From NCBI GenBank assembly GCA_963716725.1, contig CAVQUB010000015.1, positions 549,943 to 613,942 on the forward strand: a stretch of DNA of 64,000 bases, written 5' to 3'. Shown piece after piece: positions 61,634-64,000 of this stretch (position 1 is its first letter; every line of letters starts with the position of its first letter). The position numbers and the translations under genes are program-made. The notes under the pieces were generated by a model that made no database searches, was not told the DNA's origin, and saw only the letters and a program-made list of their open reading frames with translations. This DNA is from an uncultured delta proteobacterium (GTDB taxonomy: Bacteria; Myxococcota_A; Polyangia; Polyangiales; Polyangiaceae).

Positions 61634-61993
61634 ATGACGGTGGAACTGAGTCCGTACATCGAAGGGCTCCGGGCCCGCCGCGAGGCCGAGCGCTGCGCCG
61701 CCGAGGAACGCGCAGCGACGGCGAACGTGGTCGCGCGACGCTGCGCTGAGCACCTGCGTGAACGCTTCGGCGTGACCCGCGTTTTTCTGTTCGGATCGCT
61801 CGCGCGCGGCGAGTTTCACGCGACCTCGGACATCGATCTGGCGGTCGAGGGCCTCCCACCCGAGCAGCTGTTTCGAGCCGGCGCCGATCTCGCCAAGATC
61901 GCGGGGGAGATCGAGGTCGACCTCGTCCCGTTGGAGCAGGCGTCGCCGGGGTTGCGCGCCGAGATCCGAGACGAGGGCGTCGAGTTGCCATGA
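61634..61993 (+). CDS. minimal nucleotidyltransferase (MNT; MntA-like antitoxin)
   Basis: VFLFGSLARG....SDIDLAVEG...VDLV; 119 aa. Confidence 0.88.
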   Translation: MTVELSPYIEGLRARREAERCAAEERAATANVVARRCAEHLRERFGVTRVFLFGSLARGEFHATSDIDLAVEGLPPEQLFRAGADLAKIAGEIEVDLVPLEQASPGLRAEIRDEGVELP

Positions 61994-62147
61994 CCCCGAC
62001 TGCCAACCTCGAGTTGGAGCGGGCGGCTTCGAACTCGACTGGTCGCGGCTCATGTCCTTGGTCGCCAGCGTGGTGCCGACCTTTGGAAATGCACGCGCAG
62101 AGGTCGAGCGGTTTCTGGAATTCCTGGACCTGGCTGCCAGGAACTGA
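61990..62147 (+). pseudogene. internally deleted HEPN (HepT-like) toxin remnant
   Basis: ATGA-coupled start MTPTANLELER joined out of frame at about 62024 to GFELDWSRLMSLV...AEVERFLEFLDLAARN* (62025..62147). Confidence 0.65.
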
Positions 62148-62210
62148 CGGTCCCCTCACCTCGCGACGACGTCGGCTGGGTGTGCGCGTGGCCGCGTCGC
62201 CCGTCACGTA

Positions 62211-62285
62211 TGTCATCGGTCTGTTTCGACACCCATGTTCCCGGTCTTGTTTGTCACCGATGTAGCCGGTCCGGACCGTCGATTT
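62211..62285 (+). repeat. three tandem imperfect 25-bp repeats, putative transposon left end
   Basis: TGTCATCGGTCTGTTTCGACACCCA / TGTTCCCGGTCTTGTTTGTCACCGA / TGTAGCCGGTCCGGACCGTCGATTT at 62211, 62236 and 62261. Confidence 0.6.
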
Positions 62286-62474
62286 GTGTTGAGATCTAAC
62301 CGGCCAATCTCGGGTCGCCGATATGGGCGATTCGTTCTGTTCCCTCTGCCCCGAGTTGGCCCGTGCCGTGTCGAATCAGCCATGATCACGGCGGAAGAAA
62401 GTGAGAGGGCCCGGATGGTCACTTCCGAGCCCTCAGGTCGTCGCGGTGGTCGCGGTCGACGGCGCTACCCTCGC

Positions 62475-62833
62475 ATGCCACCCCGTGCTGCGGCCAGCTT
62501 TCTGCATTCGCAGCGGTGGTCGTTTTTCAGCAGGCGAAGTGTTCTCGCGATGAGTGCCACAACGTGCTCGACGTTTGCCCGGCGTGCAACTACGGCAGGC
62601 TGTTCTGCGAGCGGAGTGCCGACGCTTGTCGCGCGAAGCGTCCGTGCGCCGGTACCGCACGCAGCAAGCTGGGGCACCGACGACGGCGGCGCGAGTGGCT
62701 CGCTGGCGTGAGCAGCAGAAGAATGTAACGCACAGCACGGCCGAAAAGTTGGCCATCGTGAGATGGTCGTCCCGTTCGTAGCCGAGGCCGTCGTTGGGGC
62801 GGCATCGAGCTCGGAGCGGGAGTCGACCCATGA
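62475..62833 (+). CDS. Cys-rich (zinc-finger-like) basic protein, frameshifted
   Basis: Frames give CSRDEC..VCPACNYGRLFC...C, then REASVRRYR...AARVARWRE...VTH. Both ends are inferred. Confidence 0.5.
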
Positions 62834-63206
62834 GCTCGATTTGGATGGGCGTTGCACCTGGGCCCCAGGGAGATGCGCGTGCTCGCAATGGCCGGCCCGA
62901 GCGAGACGATTCTAAAGGCCCGGTTGCTGCGCCCGCCGACGCACCCTCGGGCGTTGCCGCTTCTGCTCGAGGCGCTGGCGCTGTGGCAGGGGCAACCGGT
63001 CCGCGTTGCGCTCGCTGCGGAAGAGCGGGGCGTCGAAGCGGACTTGTCAGCCTACGATGGGATCCCAATCGACGACGGGGCGCCGCTGTACACCGTGGAC
63101 TGGGTACCACCGCCCGCTCGCGTTCGTCGCCGTCATCGCGACCTCGTGCGGCGTCGGTGACTTCTGCGATTTGAGGCAGCTGCTGCTCTTCGGAGTGCCT
63201 CGATGA
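62830..63206 (+). CDS. hypothetical protein, frameshifted
   Basis: MSSIWMGVAPGP + MRVLAMAGPSETILKARL...ALPLLLEALALWQG + GVGDFCDLRQLLLFGVPR*; ATGA overlaps at both ends. Confidence 0.55.
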
Positions 63207-63503
63207 CCGCGCCCAGCCCCGACGGCGCGAGCAGCGCCACGGCCGTGCCTCGCAGCGCTCGAGGTGCGCAATCTCACGCCACTGCTCGACGACGTCTGCC
63301 GTCGTCGTGGCGTCGTTCGGGAAGAGCTCTGCGGCCGAGCGCGGACCTCGAGCGTGTCACGTGCGCGCCAGGAGCTCTGGTGGCTGATCCGCAATCAGTT
63401 CGATCGCCACTACAGCCTTCTCGAGATTGCATCGCTGTTCCGTCGCGACCACACGACCGTGCGCCACGGCATCCGAGCTCATCAGCGACGTGCAGTCCCA
63501 TGA
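63203..63503 (+). CDS. stand-alone DnaA domain IV-like helix-turn-helix protein (frameshift near 63247)
   Basis: EELCGRARTSSVSRARQELWWLIR.....SLLEIASLFRRDHTTVRHGI matches the DnaA C-terminal pattern ARQ..MYL.R...SL.EIG..F.RDHTTV.HA. Confidence 0.75.
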
Positions 63504-64000
63504 CCAGCAGCCTGCAATGCGACCTCGGTACCGCCTTGCGCGTGGTCGCGCACTCGGAGATTGGCCATTCGCTCGTGGATGCCAATGGCGTGGTCGCCGA
63601 GGTTCATGAGTTTCTCTCGGCACTCGGGGTCCGCGGATTATCCCGGCGTACGGTCCGGGCGTACGCATATGATCTGCTGCTGCTCTATCGATCGATGCGT
63701 GCTCGGGGCGCTCGCTTCGGCAGCTCGAGGCACGCGACTTGTTGGGGTTCATCGCAGCGCAACGCAAGGCCGGCGCAGAGCCACGCTCAATCAATCGCCG
63801 GTTGACCACAGCCCGCCTTCTGTATCGCTTCTGGATGAATCGAGAGCTCGGCGTCGGCTCTCGCGTGAGCTTGCCCGCTGCGCACTACAAGGGGCCCGGT
63901 CGTGATCACTACCTCGGCATTCACCGGCTCCGACGACGCGGCGTGCTCAGCTCCGTGTCCGAAGAGCCGCGCAAGCTCGTCGAGAGCGAATGCGTACGTC
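63500..64000 (+). CDS. tyrosine recombinase/integrase, N-terminal SAM-like region (frameshifted, 3'-truncated)
   Basis: EFLSALGVRGLSRRTVRAYAYDL...DLLGFI.....GAEPRSINRRLTTARLLYRF. The catalytic domain lies outside the window. Confidence 0.7.

Larger units (their letters stand above)
62211..64000 (+). mobile_element. left part of a putative mobile element carrying a tyrosine recombinase (runs off the window)
   Basis: TGT-initiated repeats, visibly more AT-rich codon usage, coupled four-gene operon ending in an integrase N-terminus. Confidence 0.6.

Noticed and set aside
1..64000. tRNA, rRNA or riboswitch genes
   Set aside because: Intergenic gaps are short and none showed a cloverleaf or a recognisable conserved RNA motif by eye; a covariance-model scan would be needed to exclude them.

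Overview
High-GC bacterial chromosome segment, most likely a myxobacterium (Myxococcota, Polyangia-like). Supporting signs are a MYXO-CTERM protein, three Hanks-type Ser/Thr kinases, many Cys/Gly-rich lipoproteins, a 3479-aa TPR protein and a CsgA-like SDR. About 50 densely packed CDS include housekeeping genes (upp, rnhA, gltA, pssA, glnS-YqeY fusion, a UvrD/PcrA helicase). I found no rRNA, tRNA or CRISPR array. Several genes carry 1-2 nt frameshifts that look like sequencing indels. The last ~6.5 kb is the most unusual part: (i) a two-gene nucleotidyltransferase cassette bracketed by a perfect 38-bp direct repeat that duplicates a neighbouring gene's promoter and start; (ii) an MNT gene whose HEPN partner has lost its catalytic core by internal deletion; (iii) the left part of a putative mobile element that begins with three TGT-initiated 25-bp repeats and carries a translationally coupled operon (Cys-rich protein, hypothetical protein, stand-alone DnaA domain-IV-like HTH, tyrosine recombinase), cut off by the window edge. 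Also noted are a thrice-repeated kinase + secreted TPR module, a Suv3-like helicase remnant and many apparently leaderless genes. All family calls come from motif recognition by eye, not from database searches.
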